Origin: Anthoceros angustus
Taxonomy: Eukaryota > Plantae > Anthocerotophyta
Direction: 5' to 3'
Assembly (NCBI GenBank): GCA_010909165.1
Contig: MU008182.1
Coordinates: forward strand, 62,001-126,000
DNA length: 64,000 nucleotides
Below the pieces are notes generated by a model, which did no database searches, had not been told where the DNA came from, and saw nothing but the letters and a program-made list of their open reading frames with translations. Positions 1 to 12,289 of the stretch are shown in pieces (positions within the stretch are counted from its first letter, which is position 1; each line of letters opens with the position of its first letter). A program made the translations under genes and the position numbers.

Positions 1-526
1 GAAGTTGGAGAGCCTGGCGAGAACAAGGTGGGGAGGCCTTGAGGCAGGAATGCGGCGGCCTATATGCAAGGCACAGGAGGCGGCTAAGGCCATGTCCACC
101 CAGGAGGCCTTAGTGAATCGAGGTCAAGGCGCATGATGATTGAGGAGCTTCAAGATGAGGTCTCATGAGAGGAACAATGGAAACAATGGCGCCTGCTGGA
201 AATTCAAGAAGGCGGCGGATATAGCGAGAGAGAGATGAAGCTAGGGCCGAGTCAAGAGGTGGCCAAGCAGAAGAAGGCGAGCCAGCAACAGATGGCAAGC
301 CACCAGTGGAACCACCACCACGGTGGCTAAACCCACCGTCGCGGAAGGAGGAACCGAGGTGGGGAAGTCAGCCAGGAGGCTGCGGTGGGGATCACGATCC
401 CCCAGATTCGGGAAGCGGCGCTCGGGATTGTCCACAGGGAGAGGTAAGAACCTCATGGCGAAGAAGGCGTGTTGCTCTGCGTGCGGATGAGGATGCTCAT
501 GTCCCAGCCCCACACGCATGGTGGCG

Positions 527-803
527 TGATGAGAATCATCATTGCTCTAGGTAGCAAAACATAGCGGATAGTGAAAGCTTTGCACAAAAGAGTTGTATGC
601 ATTGATTATAATAGAAAGTACAAAGCCTTTATATAGGCTAGGTGGTTATAACCATAAGGTGGTTGTAACCATAAGTAGTTCTAACCTCTAAGTGGTTGTA
701 ACAACTAACTACTCATTAAACTACCTAAAGCCCTAAGAACTAAATTAATTAATAGCCTTAGGTGCCCTAGTGAAGAGTGCCCTAAATAGGTCATATTTCA
801 TCA
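527..803 (-). repeat. 3' LTR of Copia-A
   Basis: TGATGAGAATC...ATTTCATCA, direct repeat of 7792-8074, adjacent to the PPT. Confidence 0.93.
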
Positions 804-815
804 CTCCCACTCACT
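804..815 (-). promoter_or_regulatory. Polypurine tract AGTGAGTGGGAG
   Basis: Abuts the LTR; the same motif occurs at 49727-49738 and 57550-57561. Confidence 0.85.
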
Positions 816-1071
816 ATGAACTAGGTGTGAAGAATCGCTTCAAAATGAGACTAAAAGGCTAGTTAGCTCCCACTAACTTGAAAGCTATCCACTAACTAAG
901 AAAACAATTAAAACTGGCTTAAGTTACATTTAAGCAGAATTTAATGTAATCAAAATTAATTACCAAAAACTTAATTAGGAAATGGTAAATTCCTAAACAA
1001 GGTAAAAGGTAAAAGGTAAAAGAAAACCATTAAATGGGTTAAACCCATGGGGCATGTGATGCCGTCCGCCC

Positions 1072-2540
1072 ATGGGGGTCATCGTTAATGTACCCCCATA
1101 CGGTTTTATTCCTCCTCCCGCTCCCGCTCCTGCGCTCCCGCTCCTCCCGCTCATGAAGCACAAAGAACTTGCTATGGCGCCGGGGCACAAACTGGGCAAG
1201 GCGCGCGCCGTCGTGAGGGCCCAGCGGGCGCGCGCCCGCGCCGCCGCCATACTGGATCACTGCGGTGGTGCGGCGCCGATTCTGCAAGTAGATGGGTGCC
1301 AACCTGCGGTGGAAAAAGAAAGAAGAGTGCCGGGAGGGACGCGCCCGAGAGCAGACGCCCCCACTTGTGCAAACACGTGATCCTCTGCACCGTCTAAATG
1401 GATTCCAACCTTTGTGGAGAGCCCACCACGTTTTCGGTGGGATGAAGTGGTGAGCTCGTGTAGAGGTTGAAGTCACCGGGAGAGGTGGAATTTGTTCTGC
1501 AGGTCAAGATCGCCATTGATGTGTGAGTCGCCATATGCGAGTGTCTCACCCAAGCCGGAGATTAAAAGCGATCTTCCATGTCTTGTCTCAATTTCTCAAA
1601 AGTGCTGCTAATCCCAAGCCAAGCTCCAACTGCGGCATGTCGTCACCAGTTGTGCGGTGAGAGATCGTCGAGGAAGATTCAAAGCTCCTGTGGGAAGAAA
1701 TCGCCGAGATTGTTCTCTTATCGATACAAGTGCCTCGGAAGAATCTTCATTGAAGGGCTTCCACGCCTCGATGAAGGGAGGCTGAAATCTCAAGTAAGAT
1801 AGCGGCATGGTATAGCAGGCATTCCCCTTGTCGTGAAGGGAGGCACCTTTGCAGGATGCCCCCTTTGTCATGAGGAGAGGCACCTAGTTGTAAGCCCGTT
1901 TGTGGGCATCTTCAAATGACCATTTTCCAGTTCAAAATATTAATTGTGATGAATTTTCTGATACTATTTTCGCAGATTTATGTATGGAAAATTATGGGAA
2001 AAAGGAAAATGAAAATGAAAATGAAGAAAATGAGAAAATGAAAAGGTAGACATGCTTTTGTGACTCTAAAAGGTGTTCTAACTTATTTTCTCTTGCTAAA
2101 ATCTTGCCCATTTTAGGTTTCTTTTCCGCCCAAGAAAGACATAGAATAGGAAACATAGGATTCGAAACCGGCATATATCCCAAGGGTGATGATGTGAAGC
2201 TCATCTATATAATCACTAATATGAAAGGGGAATTCGGACGTACCTCCATGCTCCTATGTTTGCCGAAACTAAGATACATATGATACGGGTTATGTCTTGT
2301 TTGTGAAGAATTTCCGGGCATATGATCCATGTCTATCGTGAGTATTCTTGAGGTTAAGAAAATATGAAAAGTTTTAATTAGCAAAATATTATTTAATATT
2401 TTAATATTATTTTCTAGAGAGCACCTCAACTATGTATGAAGGAGGATGGACTACAGCCTATGTTAAGATTGAGGATGATTGTTCAAGACTTAGAATAGAA
2501 TATTGGATTACTAAGGTTATCTTAAGTAGACCAATTTAGC
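1072..2540 (+). pseudogene. Spliced antisense accessory gene of Copia-A (degenerate, unknown function)
   Basis: Putative GT..AG introns at 1890-1975, 2046-2116 and 2338-2417; short acidic exon; SYVC...CEEFPGHMIHVY resembles EYIC...CEEYEGHTKHLY of Copia-C; the 5' boundary is a guess. Confidence 0.55.
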
Positions 2541-2569
2541 TAGGATGAACTATGAACTCGGAGGCTTAG

Positions 2570-4030
2570 ACAGTGTCCAATATACCTAAACATTTCATAT
2601 GTTTCCTGCGTTCAATGCCTAGTGACTTTGTTAATAAATCACTGCATTATCTAAAGTTTGAACATAACTAATATCTATAGTTTTATCCTCTATTTTCTCT
2701 CGATATAATGATATTCGACAATATGTTTAGTTCTAGAGTGGAAGAGGTTCCTTGACAAGGCTATAGCTCACGACTATCACTCAACAACAAGGTGGGCTTT
2801 TCCCCTTGTGATGAAGTTCACTCAAGGTTAGCCTAGTCCATACTATGTCTTTATCTTTAGAGGTTAGTACTCTATACTCGACTCGGTCTTTGGACAAGGC
2901 TATGGTTGGTTGTTTCTTACTTGACCAGATATTGGTGCTCCCCAATAGCGATGACGCACGATACGGATCTGCGTGTCGGTCACCAGATAGTCGGCGTCGG
3001 TAATTTAATGTCAACGTCTTTATGCGGTGTATACTTGAATGTCAATCCTGTGCATGGTACCCTTGAGGTATCGAATATGCGCTTAGTTGACATCCGGTGT
3101 TCACGAGTTCTCGAATTGTGAGCAGGAGCGACGAAGATATATCCGTCGTGAAGTTGGATAAATATATAAGTGTGCCAACAGATGTCGATATGGGATGCGA
3201 CATTTCCAACTTATCTTGTCTTGTCTTTGGACTCATATCCATGGTAAGCCCCACTAGCAAAGGTGTAGGCGTTTCATCTTCAAGTCCAAACTTGGTTAAA
3301 CTTTCTTTAATGTACTTGGTTTGAACAATACTCGAGTCTTGTTTGCTCGATCTCTAATAATGTTGACACCAAGTGCATATGTCATTTCTCCTAAATCGGA
3401 CATTTCATAAAAGTCTTGAGCCGCTTTTGATCTCGGCTAGGAGTAAGAGTTTGTGGCCATGAATAAATCGTCGACGTAGAGCAATAAGTAAAAGGTATCA
3501 TTGCACGATATTAGGATATACATGCATGCATCGGCATCACTTTGCGGAAGCCTCTTTGATGAGTTTCACATGTATGTCCATATTCCAATTTTACCAGTTG
3601 CTTAAGGCCATACAAGCCTTTAATTAGTCGCATACCCAATCTTCCTTGCCTTTAACCTCATAACCTTGGGCTGTTTCATGTAGATTTCTTCTTGAAGACG
3701 GCCATAGAGATATGTTGTCTTCACATCCATCATATGGAGCTCAAGATCATGATGGGTATTAAGATTATTCTAAGGAAGCAAACTTTGCTCTGGGCGAATG
3801 TGGCCCATGGGAGGTAATCTAAACCCGGTATCTGGGTGAATCCCAGCCACAAGGCGTGCTTTGTATCTCTCAATGGAACCATCTCCTTTTCTCTTAATTT
3901 TGAATACCCATTTGCTGGTGACTATCTTCCTACCCTTAGGTGGCTTAACCAATTCCCATGTAGAGTTACTAATGAGAGAGTTATATTAATCTACTCTGAC
4001 TACCTTCCATAAGGCTTTTTAGGAAGAGAA
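2570..4030 (-). pseudogene. Copia RT + RNase H (frameshifted)
   Basis: [55 protein letters not shown]. Confidence 0.9.
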
Positions 4031-4052
4031 AGCTTGTTTTAAGGTAAGAGGT

Positions 4053-5830
4053 TCTTGGATCTATGGTTGCCTTGTATACGACTTGTGAGTAAAGTGATAC
4101 AGGGGAATAGGATCATCAAAACAGCTAGATATCCTAAAGGAGGTTCCTTCCATCCTGCGGGTCCGATTGCGGGGACGGGTTCTTAAGTTGTACCTTTGTG
4201 TAGGTTACGGTGCATCTTCCAGCGAACATCAATAGGATCATGGTGCTCCATGTCATTCACGGAGGGTCATCATGCTCTTCATAAAGAGTGTCTCTTGAAT
4301 GTTGTCGCCATCTGTGCCATGTGTTGGAATAGATGCTAACTCCTCCTCCTCCGGGTGAGGAGGAGGCGGCAGGAGAACGTGGATCGAGTATCACAAAGGA
4401 GTGTAGAGAGGGTATAATGTCAGACTATCTCTAAGGTGACTTGGCCCTTTGTGGAGATGGATTTTAAAGGTTCTGACGTGATGACACATGTGATCTAAGT
4501 TGTGAACCTTGGAGAGACAAGGTGTTCTATGATTGGCTCTAGACATTGTAACCTTAGGATGATAATCATAATGCGAGCATTGTGTGATTGTGTGCAATGT
4601 GAGGCTACATTGAGAAATGTGTGGCTTTGGACAATCTTGGATCTATGGTTGCCTTGTATACGACTTGTGAGTAAAGTGATACAGGGGAATAGGATCATCA
4701 AAACAGCTAGATATCCTAAAGGAGGTTCCTTCCATCCTGCGGGTCCGATTGCGGGGGGTTCTTAAGTTGTACCTTTGTGTAGGTTACGGTGCATCTTCCA
4801 GAGGAACATCAATAGGATCATGGTGCTCCATGTCATTCACGGAGGGTCATCATGCTCTTCATAAAGAGTGTCTGGCTCCTTGAGTTTGTGAATGTTGTCG
4901 CCATGCCATGTGTCCTTGAATAGATGCTAACTCCTCCTCCTCTTTTGGTGAGGATGTAGGAGAGGCGGAGGAGAGTGTATAAAAGGAGTATCTACAAGAA
5001 AGGAGGTGTAGAGATCCAAATGTCTGTGCTATCTCTAAAGGTGACTTGGCCCTTTGTGGAGATGGATTTTAAAGGTTCTGGTATTTGTGATGACACATGT
5101 TTGGATCTAAGTTGTGAACCTTGGAGAGACAAGGTGTTCTATGATTGGCTCTAGACATTGTAACCTTAGGATGATAATCATAATGCGAGCATTGTGTGAT
5201 TGTGTGCAATGTGAGGCTACATTGAGAAATGTGTGGCTTTGGACAATCTTGGATCTATGGTTGCCTTGTATACGACTTGTGAGTAAAGTGATACAGGGGA
5301 ATAGGATCATCAAAACAGCTAGATATCCTAAAGGAGGTTCCTTCCATCCTGCGGGTCCGATTGCGGACGGGTTCTTAAGTTGTACCTTTGTGTAGGTTAC
5401 GGTGCATCTTCCAGCAGAACATCAATAGGATCATGGTGCTCCATGTCATTCACGGAGGGTCATCATGCTCTTCATAACATGGCTCCTTACTTGAATGTTG
5501 TCGCCATCCTGGTGTTTGAATAGATGCTAACTCCTCCTCCCTCCAGGTGAGGTGTAAGGCGGCAGGAGAGTGGAAATTATCGGTATCATCACGAAAGGAG
5601 GTGTAGAGAGGGTCCTTCTGTGTACTATCTCTAAAGGTGACTTGGCCCTTTGTGGAGATGGATTTTAAAGGTTCACATGACGTGATGACCCATGTTTGCA
5701 TAAGTTGTGAACCTTGGAGAGATGTTTTCTGATTGCTCTAGACATTTGATAAGACTATTAGGATGACCTAATTACATGGAGCATTGTGTGATTTGTGCGA
5801 TGTGGGAGGCTACATTGAGATGTGTGGCTA
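4053..5830. repeat. Three tandem copies of a ~590-610 bp unit inside Copia-A pol
   Basis: TCTTGGATCTATGGTTGCCTTGTATACG... recurs near 4053, 4635 and 5247; identical ORFs at 4495-4701 and 5107-5313. Confidence 0.9.
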
Positions 5831-7000
5831 TGACAATCTATAGAGATCTTCTAAGATGCCAAAGATATTGTGTGTTCTATTCTTGAGGTAGGAAAGACTG
5901 TCTATGCAGCTGTGGTGGAGTGGCAAACTAGCGACACTATTTTGGAGGCGGAGACTTGAAGATGAAAGTCGCACATTGTGTACAAGGAACCTTGACATGG
6001 GAAGGTTGTGATCATCGCCAAAGAAACTCGATGTCTGTGTGTGAGAAGGAGTCTTTGTTAGAGAATGTGATGTTGCTCCGTCCGGTACCAATAAGCGGTG
6101 GCGGCTTAGGATGCAAGGCAAATAGTGAGCACGTGTTGTTGATGAAGAGTGTTTCTTGAAGCAACATGAGCGCAGGGCCTCGATCTAGGTTCCCATTCTT
6201 CTTCTTTCAGTCCTTTTCCATGTGATTAGGAATTCGCACCAATTACAAATAATTCCACTCTTTTTGTTACCACAGGTGTGGAAGAGTTGGATTCGCCATG
6301 ATATTTGTTTGGTGTGGAATGGCTCGATTGGAAGGAGAACTTTTGCGCGTCTCTTTCTTCGGTACATCACTGTTGTGGTGGACTTGGGCTCATGTGTTGG
6401 ACTCCTCTGAGGCTCAGATGAGTTCCGACCGATGAGTACGTGCATAGGCCGAGATTCTTTTGGGCTTGTCTAACCGTGTGAGTTGTGAAATGGTCAGGGG
6501 TGGGAGGGATATCAAGAGAACAAGGAATGCAACAAGTTCGGGACGGAGGTGTTGGTGGCGACTTCATATTGAGATCTAGCTTGTTGGAAAGTGTTGATAT
6601 GGTGTTAATTGATTCTTCTTGATTGAAGAAGTTGCAGCGGTCATCATACTCATCACATCTCTTGAAGAATATAAGCGAGCAAGGTGATCCCACATGTTTA
6701 GAAGTTTTGCTTGGCGCATTGTCTTACCATATTAAGTGCTAGTCCAGATCGGAGGTCTTGAGCTTTTTCATCCAGGCGTCCCGGTTTCTTTGCTCGGAGC
6801 GTGGTTTGGTGTGGACCCACTTACAACGTCCCATAGGTCTCGATTGCGGAAAAGTGCCCGCACATGCGTAAGCGTGTGCCCATTGAATCATCCTTCTCCT
6901 TAAAAGCTCACCATAGTTGTGATTCACCACGGAAGGTCGTACTTCATCTTTGGGTGGATCCTTCCTCTCCTCTTGTCACGTCGGAACCGCCATTGGTGGT
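5830..7000 (-). pseudogene. Copia gag (zinc knuckle) / protease remnant
   Basis: KKSGIICNWC zinc knuckle near 6200-6270 matches 52290-52350; GILEDLYRLS precedes the GAG-pre-integrase motif. Confidence 0.75.
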
Positions 7001-7223
7001 CACTATTGACTGCAGCGCCGCATTTCCTCATCATCATGCGAAATCTGGGCGCAAGGAGCAAACGAAGAAACCTTTTCATCTTGGCGTGTTTGTCGGGATG
7101 ACGGCGATGAGGAAAGTTTGTGATGAAGACATTTCGGCATGTTTGGATCGATGCTCAAGGAGGCGCTTATTGAGATCACGCACTTCTCTTGCTAACTCCT
7201 CTATGCTTGTTGCGTAGGGTGTG

Positions 7224-7589
7224 TTAGGCGTGGTTCTCTGGCGAGTCTTTATCGAGGAAGTTTCTTGCTTGTGTTGTTGTAAACGCATTGGAGAGGAGGA
7301 AGAGGACACCTTGTAGATTTGGGATATGATCAAGAGCGAGTTCAATTGCTTTCACTTGACTTAAACTAAAGATAGTAAGCAAGTTTCTTCTAGCAATTTC
7401 TATTTGCCTCCCTTGATCTTCTACTTTGATTAGAATAGAGCCAATGAAGTTAGCAATAAGTATGGAATCTCTTACTATCTGACTAGACTTCTTAGCAATT
7501 CTAATCTTTGCATTCCTATATTCTATCTCTTGTCTTGTAGCCTCAATCTTCTTCCAATAGCCTTGCTTGCGAGGATTGAAGGAATCCAT
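7224..7589 (-). CDS. Conserved ORF upstream of gag (ORF0 or N-terminal Gag extension)
   Basis: IANFIGSIL..DQG..KAIELALDHIPNL aligns with IANFIASIL..DQG..KALELALNHIPNL at 50880-51194. Confidence 0.65.
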   Translation of the reverse strand: MDSFNPRKQGYWKKIEATRQEIEYRNAKIRIAKKSSQIVRDSILIANFIGSILIKVEDQGRQIEIARRNLLTIFSLSQVKAIELALDHIPNLQGVLFLLSNAFTTTQARNFLDKDSPENHA

Positions 7590-7778
7590 CGCGTTGAAGC
7601 AAAGATTGGATGCACAGTGTGTGCATTATTGAAGATTAGGGAACCTGCAAACATGACAGCAATCTATGACATGCAATCTAAAGAATCTATACATCTTCTA
7701 AAAAAGAACTGAAGAAGAAGATGAAGAAGAAGAGTAGATCAGCATATCAAGTTGCGCAATGCAAGTAGAGAGCAGCAA

Positions 7779-7791
7779 TGCTCTGATACCA
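7779..7791 (-). promoter_or_regulatory. Primer-binding site (tRNA-iMet)
   Basis: Reverse complement is TGGTATCAGAGCA, immediately inside the 5' LTR. Confidence 0.92.
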
Positions 7792-8074
7792 TGATGAGAA
7801 TCATAGCTGCTCTAGGTAGCAAAACATAGCAAGCAGATAGTAGAAAGCTTTGCACAAAAAGAGTTGTATGCATTGATTATAATAGAAAGTACAAAGCCTT
7901 TATATAGGCTAGGTGGTTATAACCATAAGGTGGTTGTAACCATAAGTAGTTCTAACCTCTAAGTAGTTGTAACAACTAACTACTCATTAAACTACCTAAA
8001 GCCCTAAGAACTAAATTAATTAATAGCCTTAGGTGCCCTAGTGAAGAGTGCCCTAAATAGGTCATATTTCATCA
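7792..8074 (-). repeat. 5' LTR of Copia-A
   Basis: Direct repeat of 527-803. Confidence 0.93.
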
Positions 8075-8339
8075 GAGCGGGTGCTCACTCTAAATGTGTA
8101 TGTGGTTGTTGGGACGGAGGCGGCTCTGCACATCTTGACCGCAGGCGTTTACGATGGTTCTTCCGAGGAGGGCTGGGGCCTATCCCCAAGTGGTGATTAA
8201 GGAAATGGCGAGGCGTGGAGGCGGAGCACGGTGTAGCTTTCGGCGATGAGGCGGAATAGAGGCATGAGCCTGACGCAGCATGGCAGGAAGAGCCGGCCGG
8301 CGGCAGCAGTGGAGGTTTGGGGAGAAATCGCTCGGATCA

Positions 8340-11300
8340 GGCGGGCGGGGAGGCGGGCGAGACCCCTATCGGTCGCGGGGCTAGGCAGCAATCACGGGCC
8401 TTGGCCTGATTTTAGAGGGCGACATCATGAGCCAAGGGTTTCTTTTCGGGTTAGAGGATAGGATGTTTGAGGATCCACATGGGAGTTACCGAGGCAGTAG
8501 GTGCGCCCGTGGTAGTGTGTGGTAGGGAAAACCCGGGGCTTAGAGATCCTCCACTATAGCGCCACACTTATCCCACTATCGCCCGTCGTTGGGTTTCGTC
8601 CCATGAGACTTGTGTGAAAATTCGAGGTCCGTGACAACCGATCGCTACTGCAGACACAACTTCAGCCTTCTAAACAAGCAAGGCGCCCTCTCACCCCTCA
8701 CGGTGCACTTGCCTTGAAAATCACCAATCCTCGACCTACAGCGACACAACACAATTGCAGGCCACCTTTCAGAGGAGGAGCCTATCACGGGCAGGGACCC
8801 CCGATCCACACAGCGATTTCGTCCCTACCTAAGACCACTCTCTTCTCCACTCGGAGCGCTCTTTTACTTGCAGTTGGGATTAGTCCCTTAGGCTCGCTTG
8901 TGGCCTTCCACTAACACCTACACCTCTAATCCTCTACTGCCTTCTTCTCATCTTCTCATCCTCTTCCTCCTATTCTAACCTCGGTTCGGGCTTCTGCCGG
9001 CTAGCCTGCAGCTGGCCTGAGGTGGCCTCCACCAAAGAAGTTCTTCCTTGGGCCGGTTGCTATGAGTTTGACACTGACGAGAACCTCCAGAGTCTTTCAC
9101 AGTCTACCCCTCAAGCCGAGAGTTCACAGGCATTGCCACACACACCCAAGCAAAGCAATTTCACAGCAACCATTCACAAGGAGCAACTCGTTTAGTGAAG
9201 ATGATCCTTCCCCGGTCAGCCCTCTTTGTTGCAGCGCATGCAGAACACCGACAAATTATCACCAAGGTGATCCACCTTGGTGGCGGACCCGATGGACAAT
9301 GATCCGGGCTCTGACCTCACTGCTGTCCAGTCCGATATCAACCAGCCGTTGGTTGTCCGTGCGTTAAGACCTCGACGCCGCCGCCTTCTCTATCTTTCCT
9401 CGCCTTGAGGGGCTCGAAACTCCCCCATCTTCCTCCTTTGGGCGGTTGTAGGCATCTCGGACCTCAAGGTCCATCTGAGATCCTCCGGAGGTTCTTGGAC
9501 CGAACCTCCTTGTTGGTGCCCAACATCTTCCGGCGAACTCCGGACGGTATGCGTCAAACGCTCCGCAAGCTGGGCCGTCTAAGTGCCACTCCTCGACTAA
9601 TCCTCCCGCTTCCTCCGGCCATGGCCCAAAGTCCGGATAGCGCGGTCACAATGTTGCGCTCTACCAGTTCCATGGCTCCCGGACCTCTCCAGACCTTTTT
9701 GGGTGCCATCGCCTTCTTCTCCCTACTCGGCTGGCCCTTGCGAGAGGCCGGCACGATCGCCTCTTGGCCGCGTTGTTGCTCCAACCTCAGCGGTGAGCCG
9801 CGCGAAGATGCAGCGTTCAAAGAGATAGCGCGGAGGCGGGGGGACCCCTATCGTCAGGGCTAGGCAGCAATCACGAGGCGCTGAGGAGGAGCGACATCGC
9901 AGGCCAAGGGTTTCTTTTTCGGGTTAGAGGATAGGATGTTTGAGGATCCGCACATGTAGTTACGAACGAGGGTGCGCCTGCAGGTGTGTGGTAGGGAAAA
10001 CCCCGGGGCTTCCGAGATCCTCCCACTATAGCGGCCACACTTATCCCACTATCGCTTCGTACGTTGGGTTTCGTCCCATGAGACTTGTGTGAAAATTCGA
10101 GGTCCCGTGACAACCGATCGCTACTGCAGACACAACTTCTCACCTTCTAAACAAGCAAGGCGCCTCTCACCCCTCACGGCGCCGCTGCCTCAAAAATCAC
10201 CAATCCCCGACCACAACGACACAACACAATTGTGTGCCCCGCCTCAAGAGGCGAGGAGCCTATCACGGCGCCGGGACCCCCGATCCACACCGCGATTTCG
10301 TCCCTACCTAAGACCACTCTTCTCCACCTGTGAGCGCTCTTTTACTTGATTTGGGATTAGTCCCTTAGGCTGCTTGTGGCCTTCCACTAACACCTACACC
10401 TCTAATCCTCTACTGCCTTCTCTCATCTTCTCATCCTCTTCCTCCTATTCTAACCTCAAGACTGCCTGGCCGCCTTACGCAGACAACCTGAGGGGCCTCC
10501 ACCAAGTTCTTCCTTGGGCCGGTTGCTATGAGTTTGACACTGACGAGAACCTCCAGAGTCTTTCGTAGTCTACCCCTCAAGCCGAGTTCACAGGCATTGC
10601 CACACACACCCAAAGCAAAGCAATTTCACAGCAACCATTCACAAGGAGCAACTCGTTTAGGCGAAGATGATCCTTCCCACCGCCCTCTTCCCCACGCAAC
10701 GCATGCAGAACACCGACAAATTATCACCAAGGTGATCCACCTTGGTGAGTGTGTTCGTGGACAATGATCCGGCTCTGACCTCACTGCTGTCCGAGGTCCG
10801 ATATCAACCAGCCGTTGGTTGTCCGTCGGCTCGGCGATCCGCCGCCGCCGCTCTATCTTTCCCCGCCTTGAGGGGCCTGAACCACGCCCCATCTTCCTCC
10901 TTTGGGCGGTTGTAGGCGCCCCTCGGACCTCAAGGTCCATCGCCTGGATCCTGAGGTTCTTGGACCGAACCTCCTTGTTCGCCAACATCTTCCGGCGAAC
11001 TCCGGACCGTAGTGACACCGCCAAACGCTGCAGCCTCGAACACGCCTAAGTGCCACTCCTCGACTAATCCTCCCGCTTCCTCCGGCCATGGCCCAAAGTC
11101 CGGATAGCGCGGGTCACAATGTTGCGCTACCAGGGTTCCATGGCTCCAGACTCCGCAGCCTTTTTGGGTGCCATCGCCTTCTTCCCCTCCGCTCGTAGTC
11201 GCTGGGAGACTGCACGATCGCCTCTTGGCCGCGTTGTTGCTCCAACCTCAGTGAGCCGCGCGAAGATGCCTCGAGCGTTCAAAGAGATAGGCGCGAGAGC
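8340..11300. repeat. Tandem duplication, ~1.48-kb unit, plus a degraded third start at ~11900-12130
   Basis: GACCCCTATCG..GGGCTAGGCAGCAATCAC at ~8361 and ~9843; TATGAGTTTGACACTGACGAGAACC at 9061 and 10527. Confidence 0.85.
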
Positions 11301-12047
11301 CGGGTTGCGGGCGCAAGAGGCTGCGGTGTCTCGGTCGCGCGGAGAAATGACCCTCCCTCGTCGGCCAGCGGGTTGGAAATGTAAATGGGCGGGAAGGTGC
11401 CTCTTGCGTAAATAGCGCAGATGCGCATGGCTTACTGTCCTTCGCGCCTACTACGGCGCCTTACGGCTGCCGCGTACTGCGGCCTTACGTTGCCCACGGT
11501 CATGCGAGGCGTGAATACCTTATAACGGCCCACAGCAAGTTCGGTCTGACTGCTGTGCACGGCGACCTCCTCGGGACCCGTCCGTGGCGCCGCTTGAGTC
11601 GTCTCACTCACGACTCAACTACCTTACTGGGCGTACTTATCCTGTTTTGACCGGGTGGGGTCCGGACTTATCCGTTACCCGGTGCGTGATCCGGGCTTCG
11701 TCATAGTGATGCAGTCCGTTACCCTCCGAGTCCGGAGTATACTCCGGAGCCAGTCAAGACACCATCCGTACTTATTCCTCCCTTCGCCTTATTTTACTAT
11801 TCGAACCCTGAAAAACAAAACCCCACTTATTTCCTAACCCTCAAGGGAAGTCCATAGCCCACAACCCCTATGGGCCGTGAGGCTAAGCGGCAACACGGGC
11901 CAGCCGATTTTAGTGTGCCGCGACATCATAGGTCAAGGGGTTTCCTTTTGGAGTTAGGGATAGGTGTTACAGAGTTACGAGCACGAGTTGCTGGATTGGT
12001 AGGGGTGCTCGTGGTAGGAGCTACAATTTTAGACATCGGAGAAGTGA

Positions 12048-12107
12048 GTGTCTTGAACACAGCTTAGATGTATAAGAGACCTTTGAGTGTCTCTCTTATG
12101 AACAATT
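12048..12107. other. Possible degraded Nextera/Tn5 mosaic-end junction adapter (assembly artefact)
   Basis: GTGTCTTGAACACAGCTTAGATGTATAAGAGAC resembles CTGTCTCTTATACACATCTAGATGTGTATAAGAGACAG; a second TGTCTCTCTTAT follows. Confidence 0.55.
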
Positions 12108-12289
12108 TGGTGTGAACTTGTGTGTTGAAGCTATGCGCGAGGTTGGTTGGAGACGTCTGATCAGCATCAAACTCGTTCGATGCACTGCCTTCTCGTCACA
12201 AGAAGGCCAGGAAGATCCCTGGATGGTCGAGAGCGGAGTGGCCAAGCTCCACGTCTGGAAGTGGTGGAAGGTAACGGGCGCAGACGATT

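Larger units (their letters stand above)
527..8074 (-). mobile_element. Ty1/Copia LTR retrotransposon (Copia-A), integrase core deleted
   Basis: Near-identical LTRs at 527-803 and 7792-8074 (TG...CA), tRNA-iMet PBS, PPT, gag/protease/RT/RNase H remnants on the minus strand; flanks TGGCG/GAGCG are an imperfect TSD. Confidence 0.93.
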
